DNA of 63,093 nt, the filler included, from Collodictyon triciliatum (Eukaryota), in assembly GCA_043381765.1 (NCBI GenBank). It is 42 parts of 42 records of this genome, joined end to end, with 100 filler letters (N's around TTAATTAATTAA, not from the genome) between each part and the next. Parts side by side here need not be neighbours in the genome. Positions count along the whole stretch, not along the records: positions 1 to 1,412 come from JBHJMP010011154.1; positions 1,513 to 2,924 come from JBHJMP010011155.1; positions 3,025 to 4,435 come from JBHJMP010011156.1; positions 4,536 to 5,946 come from JBHJMP010011157.1; positions 6,047 to 7,457 come from JBHJMP010011158.1; positions 7,558 to 8,968 come from JBHJMP010011159.1; positions 9,069 to 10,479 come from JBHJMP010011160.1; positions 10,580 to 11,989 come from JBHJMP010011161.1; 34 more parts are not named here. One strand, 5' to 3'. This document shows positions 1-13,100 of this stretch, piece by piece. A model generated the notes under the pieces. The model was not told where the DNA came from. It worked only from the letters and a program-made list of their open reading frames with translations, and did no database searches. Position 1 is the stretch's first letter. Each line of letters starts with the position of its first letter. Both the position numbers and the translations under genes were made by a program.

Positions 1-96
1 ATACATGTCAATAAATAAAATTGACAAATGAACCAAGAAAAAGAGCCATTCCCATGGAATGAACATATACAGGATGTGTGAGAATAACAATAATTA

Positions 97-1395
97 TTAC
101 AGTAATACTTGTAATAGTAAAAAAAAAAAAAGTCTGACCTCAACAAGATATTTTCGATACAAATATAATCTTCTTGTCGCATATTCTTTTGATATCATTC
201 CTTGAACAAAAAAGAAAAAGGCACTGAAAATAAACATTCCTATCCAACTACAAACAACGAACCACGTCGCTATTCTAGACAGTTTTTGAAATTTTAGTTG
301 TTTTTCGAAAAAGAAAAAGAAAACATATACATGTTGAACAAAGAACAAGGAGATTTTCACGTGTAACATTATTTGACGCATTAACTGCTATTTGTGTGGA
401 TAGATATAATGACATAAAATTACTTGATTCTTAAGTTCCAGAATACGAACATAAATGAGCCCACCCCAAACCAAAAAATAGCCACTGCCATGCTCAAGTT
501 ATATGGAATGTAAGAACATGAGGCAAAGGCGCCAAATAAGCCATACAGCTCTGACACAAAAAATATGATTTCATTCAAATCCTTTCCTTCAGCCAAATGG
601 GAATCATAGACCATAAATCCCTTCACAAAAGAATAGACGCTCATAAGACCGAAGCCACATATAACTAGTGCTTGATTGTTTTTGAATCCAAAAGACTCTA
701 CTCTTTCTTGACTGTTGTTGAAATGCAACGAGATACATATGGCTGCTATCAGCGGAAGAATAACAAAAAAGCGGAACAGCAGAATGTACCCAAATTTGTC
801 ACCATTTACATCTCCCCCGAGGTCATGATAAATGTAGATATCGATAAACCCGCTTATTAAAAACATGATCAGGTATAGAGTATAGTCAGTCCTAAAGATA
901 AATGGGATTAGCCCTTCATTCGACAAGAAAAAAAGAGGATGTGGACTTTTTAATTATTATTTTATTATTATTATTATTAATAATAATAAAAAAATAATGT
1001 AATAACAATAATAAAGCCTTCAATACCTAGCCAAGAGTGCATTGCTGATTCCACAAATAATTTGTCGATATTCCTGTTCGTACTCAACCTCTTTGAAGGA
1101 GTAGAAATGGAAAAAATAAAAATACGTCCTTGTAACTAAATCCTCCCTCAAAAGTCCTTCCTCCTCTACTGAGGTCTAAAATGTAAAATCGATTTTATGA
1201 TTTTTTATTTCAAGCAAATGTACAAAAAGTTTTTAGTATATCATATTGTTTAAAAATAAATGTTACAAGGGAGATGTGATTTTCTTCGTCCTTCACATCG
1301 GGCCATTCAAAAGGAGATACATCAAGTGATAAGTGGTCATCGATGATACAGTAATTGCTACCTTTGTGATTTACTCTACTTACAGACCCTAACAA
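97..1395 (-). CDS. Partial multi-exon membrane protein resembling a membrane adenylyl/guanylyl cyclase 6TM anchor
   Basis: An exon at ~1027-1175 reads ...HFYSFKEVEYEQEYRQII (F-x-x-x-x-x-E-x-x-Y, as precedes TM1 of membrane cyclases). ORF 420-926 is hydrophobic, and the post-TM segment reads SKEYATRRLYL. It is collinear with 42460-43608. Confidence 0.5.
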
Positions 1396-1412
1396 CTCCT
1401 TTTAAAAAAACT

Positions 1413-1512
1413 NNNNNNNNNNNNNNNNNNNNNNNNNNNNNNNNNNNNNNNNNNNNTTAATTAATTAANNNNNNNNNNNNNNNNNNNNNNNNNNNNNNNN
1501 NNNNNNNNNNNN
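1413..1512. other. Artificial contig linker N44-TTAATTAATTAA-N44 (first of ~41 copies, about every 1.5 kb)
   Basis: The same 100-bp spacer, with stops in all six frames, recurs throughout. The contigs between copies shrink steadily from 1412 to 1397 bp. Confidence 0.99.
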
Positions 1513-1530
1513 AAATAGATAAATACATAC

Positions 1531-2924
1531 AGTGTTTTCTGCTGGCAGGAAAGACCTAGTAATAGCTAGTATCGTTCCAAAAATACCCACGTAGAAAATA
1601 AGGCTAGAATAATCGAAATAAAGATGTCTTAAATTCAACCACTACACATATTAAATCAAAATTAAGTTTATGTCCAACCATGACTTCAGGATTCATTCTC
1701 ACTTCCTTTTTAAATTGGGAATTGAGCCTTGGTCCGGTACCAATTACCGAGAAAAAAAAAGTAATTAAAACTAACCTCTTTGTCAGGATATGAACATCAA
1801 GAAGGACTCCTTCGTCAATCAAACCAATCAGCAAAAGAACAGCAGCCATCGCTCCGACAACAAATGAAACAAGTCTTTATGATTTAGAAAAAAATAGGAT
1901 CAAATTCTAAAATTTGTTTTTATCCTTGTCACGATACCCATATCCATTTAAAACATGCCTTCAGGAAAATCCGAAAAATTGCATGTGACAATAGCGTTTA
2001 AAAAAACCTTGCAAGAGCGGACACGCGATAATCAGGAAAGTTATCGATGTATGACTGTGCAAAAGGCATGCTGAAATTTAACCTAAATGGAAGCTGGTGA
2101 ATACTTTTTTATTTTTATTTTTGCTGTTCTTCTCCATTAATAAACGATTTTATCACCTGTTCTGAAAAATATGTGGAAGTTCGTTAAACTCTCGAAGCTT
2201 CCATCGAGCATACGGCGACCATTGGCGAGTCCCAACCCTGGATGGACGGCTCTGAATTTCCTATGAATCGATTATTTCATAAATAATATATTAGTGCGCA
2301 AACTCAGGTTTCAGAGCAATTACGCCCCTGAAATAGGAGAAAAAAAACAGTGCTTAAGTTTATATGCGAAAAGAAGATTGAATCAGTAGGGCGTACTGAA
2401 TGAAAATTAATGTGTAATATATGTCCAAAGTGTTCGGATAGATTGACACCCCAAATATAAATATTTTATGACATACTTCACCGTATCGAAAGAAGGTGTA
2501 GACGATAAGAAAGAGGACTATGCATGGAGACAACAAGATATTTGCAGTAATTAACCATACCAAATGCTTCTTCATTCTAATATTAAAATCGTCTACACTT
2601 TTAAAAGAAACTTATCTTTTTCACGATTTCGAAAGAGAGAAAAAAATGGGAAAAAGAAATTTAGACAATATCTCTTATACTGTGATAATTATGTTGTTGA
2701 GAGGAAAACATAAATTCATTAAATTCGCATAAATCAACCTTTCAGCCAATCTTTTCCTAGATATCAAAATAATGTCAAAGTTATTTTGAATAAAACCATA
2801 GTCAGTTTAGAATAAGCATATATACTGGCTTTTCCTTCGATTACTAGATATGTTTGTATAATGTACTTGTTCGAAGGATTGAGATACTCGCGATGGATAG
2901 ATGAATCAATGCTGAAGATGTTGT
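1531..2924 (-). CDS. ATG9: Autophagy protein ATG9, internal exons
   Basis: GT-AG spliced exons give ANILLSPCIVLFLIVYTFFRYGE | EIQSRPSRVGTRQWSPYARWKLREFNELPHIFQNR | LNFSMPFAQSYIDNFP | FVVGAMAAVLLLIGLIDE | LIFYVGIFGTILAITRSFLPAENT. The R-x-WS-x-YA-x-W-x-x-R-x-FNEL-x-H stretch is the ATG9 core motif. Confidence 0.9.
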
Positions 2925-3024
2925 NNNNNNNNNNNNNNNNNNNNNNNNNNNNNNNNNNNNNNNNNNNNTTAATTAATTAANNNNNNNNNNNNNNNNNNNN
3001 NNNNNNNNNNNNNNNNNNNNNNNN

Positions 3025-3929
3025 CGCGTTCTAGTGACCTGCGAAGGACGCGGCGGAAGTGTTCGATTGGGTGGAGTGCTTGGATTCGTTGGGTCCTGCA
3101 CACGCCCACACGGTAGATTCAGTGTTTGTGCCGTAACAAAAGTGCGTTCGTATGAGGCGAGCTTCACAGGGATTGTGACGTGGACATCCAATTGAAAAGT
3201 CCGCTGGCTGGTTGAATCGCTGGCGCGAGTGATGCACTCGGTGAAGAGATAATTGGAGAAGACTGTGTTGCGTATTTTTACGGGTAATGCTGGTGGTGGA
3301 ACGAATACCTATACAAAGCACCTTATTTAAGAACGCGGCTCTGTCTCCGATAGGTTTGTTGTGTGGCTGGTGAAGAATAAATCTATCGCAATGATGCATC
3401 AATGGAAAATGCAACTACATGTTAATATTTTGTTTCGCTTGAGTCAAATATGCGTACATATTCTGTTGACAATTCAGGGATTGTGTATGCGTCTCCAGTC
3501 CCTTCGCCGATAATACTGCCGTTGAAGAAGATTTGAATGATTTGTGGACTCACTTGCGCGGGGACGAAATTGTTGTTTTTTACCCGGATTTGTGTCTATA
3601 GTCCAAACAAAATAAGCCAAATAACTCATGGTATTTTCTCAAGTTTTAGATGAATAGTGAAACATTTGGCTTTGATGTGACATCATTTGTCCATGTACTT
3701 GTTCGATGAGAGCTGCGTGTTTTTTTTTCTTTTCTTATTTGGACTCCGTGTGGAAAAACATATTACTCCGTTGTGCTATATTTATATCACTTACATATCC
3801 AGAAAAAGTGCTCGTGATAAAGTTATTTTGGGTGATAGTGAAGCCACTGATTTTTGTATCGAGATTCCGCGGTACAAAGAAGGCAAGGCAGAGAATCACC
3901 GCCAGGAAAACGAGCGATGTGAGCCCCAC
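3025..3929 (-). CDS. TMEM106/LEA_2-like single-pass membrane protein, partial
   Basis: Spliced: VFLAVILCLAFFVPRNLD..TFSGY | TQIRVKNNNFVPAQVSPQIIQIFFNGSIIGEG..TIPELSTEY | ...YLFTEC...LNLPCG. This parallels TMEM106 motifs FFLFPR, NNNY, VIG, YxxxxC and the terminal xCG. Confidence 0.55.
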
Positions 3930-4354
3930 CTTTAGTTTAAAATACTTCCTGTGTGATTTTTCAAATATACTTAAGCAATTTCAAGCAATACATTTATATT
4001 TAATATCACAAAAAAATATTACTAAATTAGAGAGTGTTTCTCGATATTGATTATTCTTGATGTATGGAGTAATTCAATATCAATTTTGATTCGAGATAGT
4101 TACAGACTTTGCAAGGTCCTTCTGGTCGACCTCATCTTTCTTAATCTTTTTTGGCGGCCTATATATAATGATATTATTTAATTTAACATGCCCGGCCATC
4201 ACCAACTATTCGATAGAAGAACGAAAATCATATTTTCTACACTAAGGGTCCTAGGTAATAAAAAAAAAACCATAGCAAAAACAAACTTTCGTCTGATATT
4301 AGACGCCTGGGTGCAATCAATATGTATTTAGGAGTTTCGTGGTAATCCGATACT

Positions 4355-4426
<72 letters not shown>

Positions 4427-4535
4427 CTTTTTTTTNNNNNNNNNNNNNNNNNNNNNNNNNNNNNNNNNNNNNNNNNNNNTTAATTAATTAANNNNNNNNN
4501 NNNNNNNNNNNNNNNNNNNNNNNNNNNNNNNNNNN

Positions 4536-5946
4536 AAGATAATATGAGATGATAAAAATAAACATATTCGGTTGTAAATATGAGATGCACAATTATGTAT
4601 ACAAGAAATTAATGCTAAATGATTCATGTGAATACATCATGATGCCATATTCATATAATTTCTGTGTCTGGTTTGTAATGTAATCATAGCCTGTAATTTT
4701 TATTCCTCTTGAAAAATAAGATAATACAAGATGATAAAATTAAACATATTCGGTTGTAAACATGAGATGCACAATTATGTATACAAGAAATAAGTGCTAA
4801 ATGACACATGTGAATACGCCATAATGCAATATTCATATAATTTCTGTGTCTGTTTGTGTATATACATAGATTGTACGTTTTTATTTTTTTAATAGATAAG
4901 ATAATATGAGATGATGAAAATAAACATATTCGGTTGTAAACATGAGATGCATAATTATGTATACAAGAAATAAGTGTTAAATGATTCATGTGAATACATC
5001 ATGATGCCATATTCATATGATTTCTGTGTCTGGTTTGTAATGTAATCATAGCGAGTATATTTTTTTATTCTCTTGAAAAATAAGATAATACAAGATGATA
5101 AAAATAAACATATTCGGTTGTAAACATGAGATGCACAATTATGTATACAAGAAATAAGTACTAAATGATTCATGTGAATACATCATGATGCCATATTCAT
5201 ATGATTTCTGTGTCTGGTTTGTAATGTAATCATAGCGAGTATATTTTTATTCTCTTTAAAGATAAGACAATATGAGATGATGAAAATAAACATATTCGGT
5301 TGTAAACATGAGATGCATAATTATGTATACAAGAAATAAGTGCTGAATGATTCATGTGAATACATCATGATGCCATATTCATATAATTTCTTTGTCTGTT
5401 TGTGGTATAATCATAGCCTGTAATGTTTATTCCTCTTGAAAAATAAGATAATATGAGATGATGAAAATAAACATATTCGGTTGTAAATATGTGATGCATA
5501 ATTATGTATACAAGTTATAAGTGTAAAGCGACATATGTCAATACACCATGGTGCAATATTCATATGATTTCTGTGTCTGGTACGTGTATAATCATAGCCT
5601 GTAATTTTTATTCCTCTTGAAAAATAATAGAACACAAGATGATGAAAATATACGTATTCGGTTGTAAATATGAGATGCACAATTATGTATACAAGAAATA
5701 AGAGTTAAATGATTCATGTGAATACATCATGATGCCATATTCATATGATTTCTGTGTCTGATACGTTTGTAATCATAGCCTGTAATTTTTTATTTCTCTT
5801 GAAAAATAAGATAACATAAGATGATGAAAATATACGTATTCGGTTGTAAATATGAGATGCACAATTATGTATACAAGAAATTAATGCTAAATGATTCATG
5901 TGAATACATCATGATGCCATATTCATATAATTTCTGTGTCTGGTTT
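4536..5946. repeat. AT-rich tandem satellite, ~182-bp monomer, ~7.7 copies filling the contig
   Basis: The anchor CGGTTGTAAA occurs at 4569, 4751, 4931, 5115, 5297, 5478, 5659 and 5841 (spacing 180-184). The monomers are similar over their full length. Confidence 0.97.
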
Positions 5947-6239
5947 NNNNNNNNNNNNNNNNNNNNNNNNNNNNNNNNNNNNNNNNNNNNTTAATTAATT
6001 AANNNNNNNNNNNNNNNNNNNNNNNNNNNNNNNNNNNNNNNNNNNNAAGGGGGGAAGGTGTTTGGGTGCTGTTGTTTTTTGGGAGGTGTTAAAAAAAAAA
6101 AAAAATTTTTTTTTTTGGGGGGGGGGGGGGGGGGCTCTTCATTGGTGGAGTTACTTTCTAGTCTGGGTATTTGATTGGCGATCATGTCTTCGCGTATTCT
6201 CTCATTTTTTTCCATTCGTTTTCGTTGTTAGATGTTCTG

Positions 6240-6800
6240 AATACAATATCCATAGTTTCTGACATTAAAGACTTTCTGGATACATGCGTGTACCTTGTCA
6301 GTTATGCCCAAGGTGCGTCTGATATCCGGGTTTTCTTGGTGCCATTACCGTCCCAGGAGATGTTGTATGGTAGCATCAGTGTTTTCGTGTGGTATCTCTT
6401 GGTTAGGTCTCTTCTTAGGGTCTCCTAATTGCTCACTTTCTCGTGTTCTTCCTTGGCTTGGTTTCCTGGCAATACTACCACTACATCAATTGTGTGTATG
6501 GTTTTGCGAATCTTATCGTGTACTATTACGTCACGTCTAATGGCCATTGTCTGGACTTTGGGGTCAAAGTCACAGTCAGAATGTATCGCGGCATATTGGT
6601 TTGCTATTACTTTTTCTATTCTCTGTCTTTTGAGGCTTTTGTATTCCGAAAGGTTGTATTTGAGGGCTAGGTGTTTGTGGATACATTGGAATACTTCGTT
6701 ATGGCGTTAGTGAAGTGTGGTAGATTAAGGGTGTACGCTCCTGCTCCGTGGGAAAGTTTCCTTTGTATCTTACAAGTGTTGCATTTTGTTATGTTGTCAA
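6240..6800 (-). mobile_element. Decayed non-LTR retrotransposon 3' end with restriction-like endonuclease (R4/Dong/NeSL-type)
   Basis: A CxxC knuckle remnant (KCNTCK) is followed by RHNEVFQCIHKHLALKY...IRRDVIVHDKIRKTIHTIDV...EHEKVSN*ETL...PYNISWDG. There is an in-frame stop at 6425-6427 and frameshifts. Confidence 0.85.
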
Positions 6801-9800
6801 AGAATCTCCATTGGTTTTGCACACATAAAAAAAACCACGCCGATGGCAACCAAGCCTCACTTTGACGACGAGAGTGTATTCTACAAGCACTAAAGAACGC
6901 GGCCGGTAAGGCGGGCAGCGGGGATGCAGCAGAAGGTACTCTACCCGGCTGGCTGTGTTGTGAGACTTATGGGCGAGTACAGAGATACTGACGCATGCCA
7001 CACGCCTGTGCTTGCTGGAGCAGCTTTGCGAAGTCCACCACATCCGTACACGCGGCCAGTCTCTCACCGACGTTGTCTCGCCCGTGGTCAAGCTGAACAT
7101 GCCTCATAGAGACGCTGCCACAACCACGCAGCCTCGCAAGAATAAGGATTTGCCCTGCAGGCAGGGGAGTCCGCCATACACAAGTAAAGCCGGTAACTAC
7201 GAACCGGACCAGCCACACGGCAATACAAAGGCCACAGACGTGTCTGTGGAGGAGGGTTACACCTCTGCCTCTTCCTCTTAATTCGCCCAGTGTGGCCCGG
7301 CGCTCTGCCTATGAGCGCATTGGGGGACTAACGTTTCCCATCTTGAAGGGTGGCTCAAAGAATCTTTCTTTCCCTTCGCCCCGGAGGATTTGCGATATAT
7401 ATGGTATTATGACACATATCGATCTTGGCAGCTCCCTCAATCATTCAGGACCGATTCNNNNNNNNNNNNNNNNNNNNNNNNNNNNNNNNNNNNNNNNNNN
7501 NTTAATTAATTAANNNNNNNNNNNNNNNNNNNNNNNNNNNNNNNNNNNNNNNNNNNNGACGCCTTTTTCAGTTCGTGCGAGAAGCTTCGGATTGGTCTTA
7601 TGAACGGCTCCGTAAAATAGTGCTTTACATATCTATTACGAAAAAGAATATCACACTCTTGTTTGGGGACTGCAATGACAGCATATTCAAAAGTTTACAT
7701 GTGTCTAGGTATGCTGCCCGCACTTGAAGTAAGGAATTATGCCTGGAGTGTTGTTTTTGTGTTGTCTGTGAACGAAAAGGAAAAAGTAGCCACATCGACA
7801 ATCTGCACACTAGTTTTTTCTTCTCATTCCAGCGCAATCAGGGGGCTCGCCTACTGAAGCAATACCTCTCCTATTGCACCCGCCATCATTAATATGGCTG
7901 ATATGTAGTCGACCGCTGTTGGTATCTATGAGATTTGTGTATCTCGTCCACTGCGCCTATTTTTATCAGCAAGGCATCGAGGAAAGATTCAAGACCTTCT
8001 CATTAAATGCATAGGCAGATGTAACCATCGCAAAGATTTTGTTTATTCTGTAATATTTTCCAACCTACTGGCAGTTTTTTCTTCGAAAATAATCTTATTT
8101 TAATTGTGTAAACGACTTGATGTATATGAATCGATTGGGAACCGCAGTTTTAGAGGGATTTTTGATAAATGAATGTATTCATCAGATCGAATATGAGATA
8201 AAGAGCTGGCAGTTATGACATGATTGCGTGGCTATTTAAAGCAGAAAGGCGAAATTATGAATTCATATTTTTGTACATCACTTAGTTAGTACAGGACAGT
8301 GGGTCTACATGAAGTACAGATTATGCCTGGATTTGGGTTTCTTTTCGAACTTTCGTGTTTAATTCGACAGGGACACACATGATAATACTTAAGATTTTTA
8401 ATGTGAATTCAATAGAATCATTAAGCACTTTTTCCAAGCTGTATCAAGAATCTGGTTGGCAGAGAAATTTCAAGTTTCATTACGCTTAGAATTAATCAGT
8501 TCGAGGTGGTAGATTTGTGATTAAATTGAATGATTGGTTTCATATAAAGCAAAAATAGTCCATATGCTATGCTTTTGCTATAAACAGAATCTGCATTACT
8601 GAGGCAATAACAAAGCGAGCACCTCCAGCTAACGAACTCTATGTTCAATTGGCAAATCAATTTTATGAAAAGAAAGCATTTCGTAGGATGAAAGTTTGGC
8701 CAGAATAGTCAAACCTTAAGCTTTCCATCTATGAAACCTAGTGTACCGAGCGAACCACTGGAAGAATGTTATTTTAAAAAAGGAGAACATTGAATAATCG
8801 TTTGCTAAATCTACTGAATTTTTTTGGCGGAACACCTTAGTTCAGGAACTCATCAATGCAATATGATAGAATTTCATTTTGAGATACTTTGGAATCCAGC
8901 ATTACATAAGGAACACAAATATTTTCTCTCTACTTAAAATATGGTTTGATGAGACTCTCCATTTTTTTNNNNNNNNNNNNNNNNNNNNNNNNNNNNNNNN
9001 NNNNNNNNNNNNTTAATTAATTAANNNNNNNNNNNNNNNNNNNNNNNNNNNNNNNNNNNNNNNNNNNNATAAAAAAAAGAGAGATAAAAAAAAGAGAGAT
9101 AAAAAAAAGAGAGATAAAAAAAAGAGAGATAAAAAAAAGAGAGATAAAAAAAAGAGAGATAAAAAAAGAGAGATAAAAAAGAGGGAGAAAAAGAGAAAGA
9201 AAAAGAGAGAGAAAAAAAGAGAAAAAGAGAGAAATGTTTTCAAGAGCAAGTTCGAAAGCGAGCAGATTGGGAATTATGGCAAGGAACTCCGAAGAACTTG
9301 ACTCTGTTATGATCGGCCCTACATTTTAGGAGCGAAGGCGCATGGCCAGCCGAGACGGCGAATCACTTGTGCTTGGGAGGCGGTTGACTGACTCCTGTGT
9401 GTTTTGATCACAAGGAATAGTAAAATAAAGAAAAATAAAAAAAGTACAAGCCTGTGATAAAAGACTCGGGTTGGTACTTCAACAACCACACACCCCACTC
9501 ATCTTTCCCCTCTCTATCTTGAAATTAACGAAATACATTTCAGTCTTTGCGCGGTTGTAAGAAACTCATGTCACGGTTCAGCCTCAGGACGATGCGACTT
9601 ATTGAAATCCTTAAGCCTCCGGTGCGTAGTGTTGCTGTTGCGCTGGTTGATGCAAAAAGCTGATTCATCAAGCGGATCGTGATTCGCAAGAGCAAACACC
9701 CGATAAATCTGGAATTCTGCAACGGATTCCACAATTGGTTAAGATAGAAAGAGTCGTTAGTAAAGGGTACTACGGATGCAGCAGATTTAGGTATTTTGAG

Positions 9801-10199
9801 AGAAAGAAAGCAAACGTCTGATTGTTTTTGCTCCTGTGTTTGGGTGCTGACGAAGAGTTTCGGGGTTGCTGCTAGAAGCACTAAAAAGGCAAAGAAACCA
9901 TTATTTTTTTGATTCATTTTTCAGTCCGTAGCGCCAAGCTAATCAGAAGAGGGCATCGATGGGGAAGGGCAGCAGTTTGGATGCGCGGGTGGCATTCATG
10001 ACCCTATACAGCCTTCCAAAGAGGAATCATACATGCTTTTCATAGTGTGGTTCTTCGTTGTCAATTTTTAATTCGGTAATTTTCGATGGGAATTTTGATT
10101 CTCGCTACCTATAACAAATCTTCAGTGAATACGATTGTTTTTTTCATACAATTTTTCCTATTTGTTAAAGATTGGGGTGTCTCGAACGGTCACCTAGCC

Positions 10200-10479
10200 T
10201 TCGTATGTACAGGTGCTAAGCCGCTCTCTAATACTCAATATCACCAATAGGGAGCTATGGATAGGCACACGCGCGGCAAAAGCTGGCAAAGTCTCCCAAC
10301 AATGCACACTTTGCAGCAACGGTGATGAATTCATCGAGCACACATTTGTGCAATGTCTCTTCGCTCAAAACCTGCGCGAAACAGCCGGTGAGATTCTTCG
10401 ACTGACACTCAAGACAGCTGCGGCTGTTGGCCCAATCCAGGCGATATTTGGGCCTCTGCAACAACTGCATCCAGATGCA
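10200..10479 (+). mobile_element. L1/Tx1-like ORF2 fragment, zf-RVT zinc finger (5'-truncated)
   Basis: CTLCSNGDEFIEHTFVQCLFAQ fits the C-x2-C-x8-H-x4-C motif. Composition shifts abruptly from the AT-rich flank. Confidence 0.8.
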
Positions 10480-11459
10480 NNNNNNNNNNNNNNNNNNNNN
10501 NNNNNNNNNNNNNNNNNNNNNNNTTAATTAATTAANNNNNNNNNNNNNNNNNNNNNNNNNNNNNNNNNNNNNNNNNNNNGTGGGAGACTGCTTGGTCGGG
10601 CGGGCGTCTAGAGTGTATGCTCTAAAGGTTCTATGTCTAAAGCGCACGGCGACCTCAGAGTTTTCCAACCGGGTTTGTTAGGCTGTGTAGAAGCCGTGGC
10701 AGATATAATATGGATTAGCTGGGGGCTGATTATGACCCTCGGCTGGTTGACAGGTTAAGTGCATATTAACCAGGGAGTGTTTAGTACTGTGCATTAATTC
10801 CCTCCCACTTTGTTCGTTCTCGTTTCTGCGGTAGCACATGGGGCGTATTTGCCTGCTCGCCTTGCGGGTAGGTGAATGTGATGATGGAATCGGTCAAGTG
10901 GGAGCATTTGGAGGGCGAAGACTTTTGCATCAGGTTTATATCCACCTACAGCCATTCCCCTTACATATCTATTAATATTAGTATTTTGACACGAGCGTCC
11001 TATTAGTTGCCATTATATTTTCCCTTCTTTTTTTTTCTTCTTTTTTTTTAATTCGGGCTCGTGAAGGGGTACGTGCCGCTTCGCACGCTCCCACCAGGGC
11101 CGAATGTGGCAGGCGGTTGATGCGAAACACAATTCGTGCGACTTTCCTGTGATGGCCACTATGTGGAACACAGTCCGGCATAACGCGTGCAAAGCGTTTC
11201 TGGCTGGTGCTGAGCGATCCCTTACCCGCAATGCCTGTGCAGTTCGAGGTTTAGTGAATTAGGTGGAATAGTTCATATCTTGTGCTGCTCAAATTATATT
11301 TTAAAAGATCTATTGAACTGAATTTTTGAAAACAGGGCATCTTATATCATTAAAAAAGATAAAATATATAAATTCCATATATGTAATAATATTTTTATCA
11401 AGTCCGGCGGAAAATACAAAACACGACATATCGAAGGCTTCTCAAGTTTTTTTTTTTTA

Positions 11460-11989
11460 TTCACGACAGACTTAGCTGTTGGCGCCCATGCCAATAATCT
11501 TTTTTTCAACCACCAAGCAAGTATTCCGAGGTAAGAAGGCTTCTCAAGTTGCAGCCAGCTCTTCTGGTTCCAACAATGGTGCGGAAAACACCCGACTTGC
11601 ATGTAAAATTCAGGAAGACCCGTGCAAGGAAGCCACTTGCAAGTCGTTTACAACAAGAACAAGGCCCGCAGACTCACCGATGCGCTCCTCCTCCTTCTTG
11701 AAAGCGAACAAACTTTGGGAAGAGTCCATCCAATTGCACTTACCAGACAGCGAAGGCCTTTGCCTGTTTACCTTCCGCACTGCAGAGAACGCCCGAAAGC
11801 TTCTGGAGGTGAAGCAGGTGAGTTTAATGATATTACGATCAGCTTCAGCAGAAGTAAACCAACAGAGACCTCGGCGATGCTCTACCAACCACCGCTGGAC
11901 GTGTGGCCGCAACTCCTTCGTGAGGAGCTGAAGCCGTTCAGACCGACCCACGTGGAGATCAAAAAGGACAAAGGCTTCTTCACAGACAC
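11460..11989 (+). mobile_element. L1/Tx1-like ORF1 (RRM-type), frameshifted
   Basis: Joining two frames gives LFTFRTAENARKLLEVKQV/FNDITISFSRSKPTETSAMLYQPPLDVWPQLLREELKPF, which resembles the ORF1p RRM region. It starts just after a T-rich host tract. Confidence 0.55.
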
Positions 11990-12089
11990 NNNNNNNNNNN
12001 NNNNNNNNNNNNNNNNNNNNNNNNNNNNNNNNNTTAATTAATTAANNNNNNNNNNNNNNNNNNNNNNNNNNNNNNNNNNNNNNNNNNNN

Positions 12090-13100
12090 ATGGAGTGAAA
12101 AGACTCTAGAAAGTTCAGCAAAGCCCTCGCAAACTAAAATAGTTTTTCTGGCGTCAGATAGTGCCTCGAATCAATAGGGATATGTTTCCGTCTAACTTTC
12201 ATGTATATGTGTTTCCCTTGCTCATAAATTCTTAGTTGTTGCTAAGCAAAGCAAGAATCTGTACACTTTTATCGAATTTAGAGAAGATGAAGTAAAGTTG
12301 TTTGAGCGGTGAGGCCAGAAAACACACACAAAAAAAAAAATCCAAATCAATTGTGTCTATTTCGTTATCTTCCGACCAATAGCTTTTTTTGAATTATAAT
12401 GACTAAGACATGAGAATAGCAAAATGACCATAATATGTGGATTGGTACATTTATAATCCTATTTGTAGTTCAAAAAAATATGTCCTTTGAAATATAAATG
12501 AAAATGCACAAATAATCATGAAAGAAAAAGAAGGAAGGGGATTATAAAACTGTGATAAAATTGACAAAAATGCAGTGGCATGAACCCTGTCAAGATATAT
12601 TGTAAAATAATTGGCACACGCAAATCACGGACGCTGTTGGACTACATGTCGCAGTAGATTTCGTCAAAACAAGCTTCCAGAAGTCGCTCTAGATATTTGT
12701 TTAAGATGAATTCGATTTGTAAAATACTATCGTCAAGTTTAGCTAATCGATAGAAAAAGAGAAATTTTTCTTTGAAAGACATTTTTACGAATGAATGATT
12801 TGATTCCCTTCAAGTTTTCGATGTACAACTTCACTTGATGGCATGTTTTGTTGGAAAAATATACTAATATATGTCCTTGTTTATCCCTGTAATTTTTTTT
12901 GTAATCATACCACTGTTTTTGAGGGCAAAATATAAAAAACTAATGGTGGCATGTATTGCAAAACAAACGGTATCACCTCTTTGAGATTAAGCAAAAGAAA
13001 TAAGAAACAAGTGAATAAATGAACAAAGATGAAGTGAATGATATCTTTGAAAATATGATAAAAATTAACATTTTTGGCAAACTTTCCTCAAGGCAAAAAG
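12090..13100 (+). pseudogene. Decayed hAT-family transposase
   Basis: Motifs appear in hAT order: IVFLASDSASN (12157, the DNAxN motif), SLAHK (12220, the CxxH motif) and LDICLR[W]NS (12689-12714, RWNS with a frameshift). Many stops. Confidence 0.6.

Noticed and set aside
1457-1468. Regularly spaced TTAATTAATTAA palindrome as a biological repeat
   Set aside because: It is always embedded in N44 flanks between length-sorted contigs, so it is a concatenation linker.
4536-5946. CRISPR array, or a repeat protein from the minus-strand ORFs
   Set aside because: Whole monomers are similar with no unique spacers. Monomer lengths are mostly not multiples of three and the frames contain stops.
7558-8968. 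Possible decayed MULE transposase (DKELAV, DWFHIKQ) or alternative-code gene
   Set aside because: The motif spacing does not fit, and all three stop types occur, so no single recoding opens a frame.
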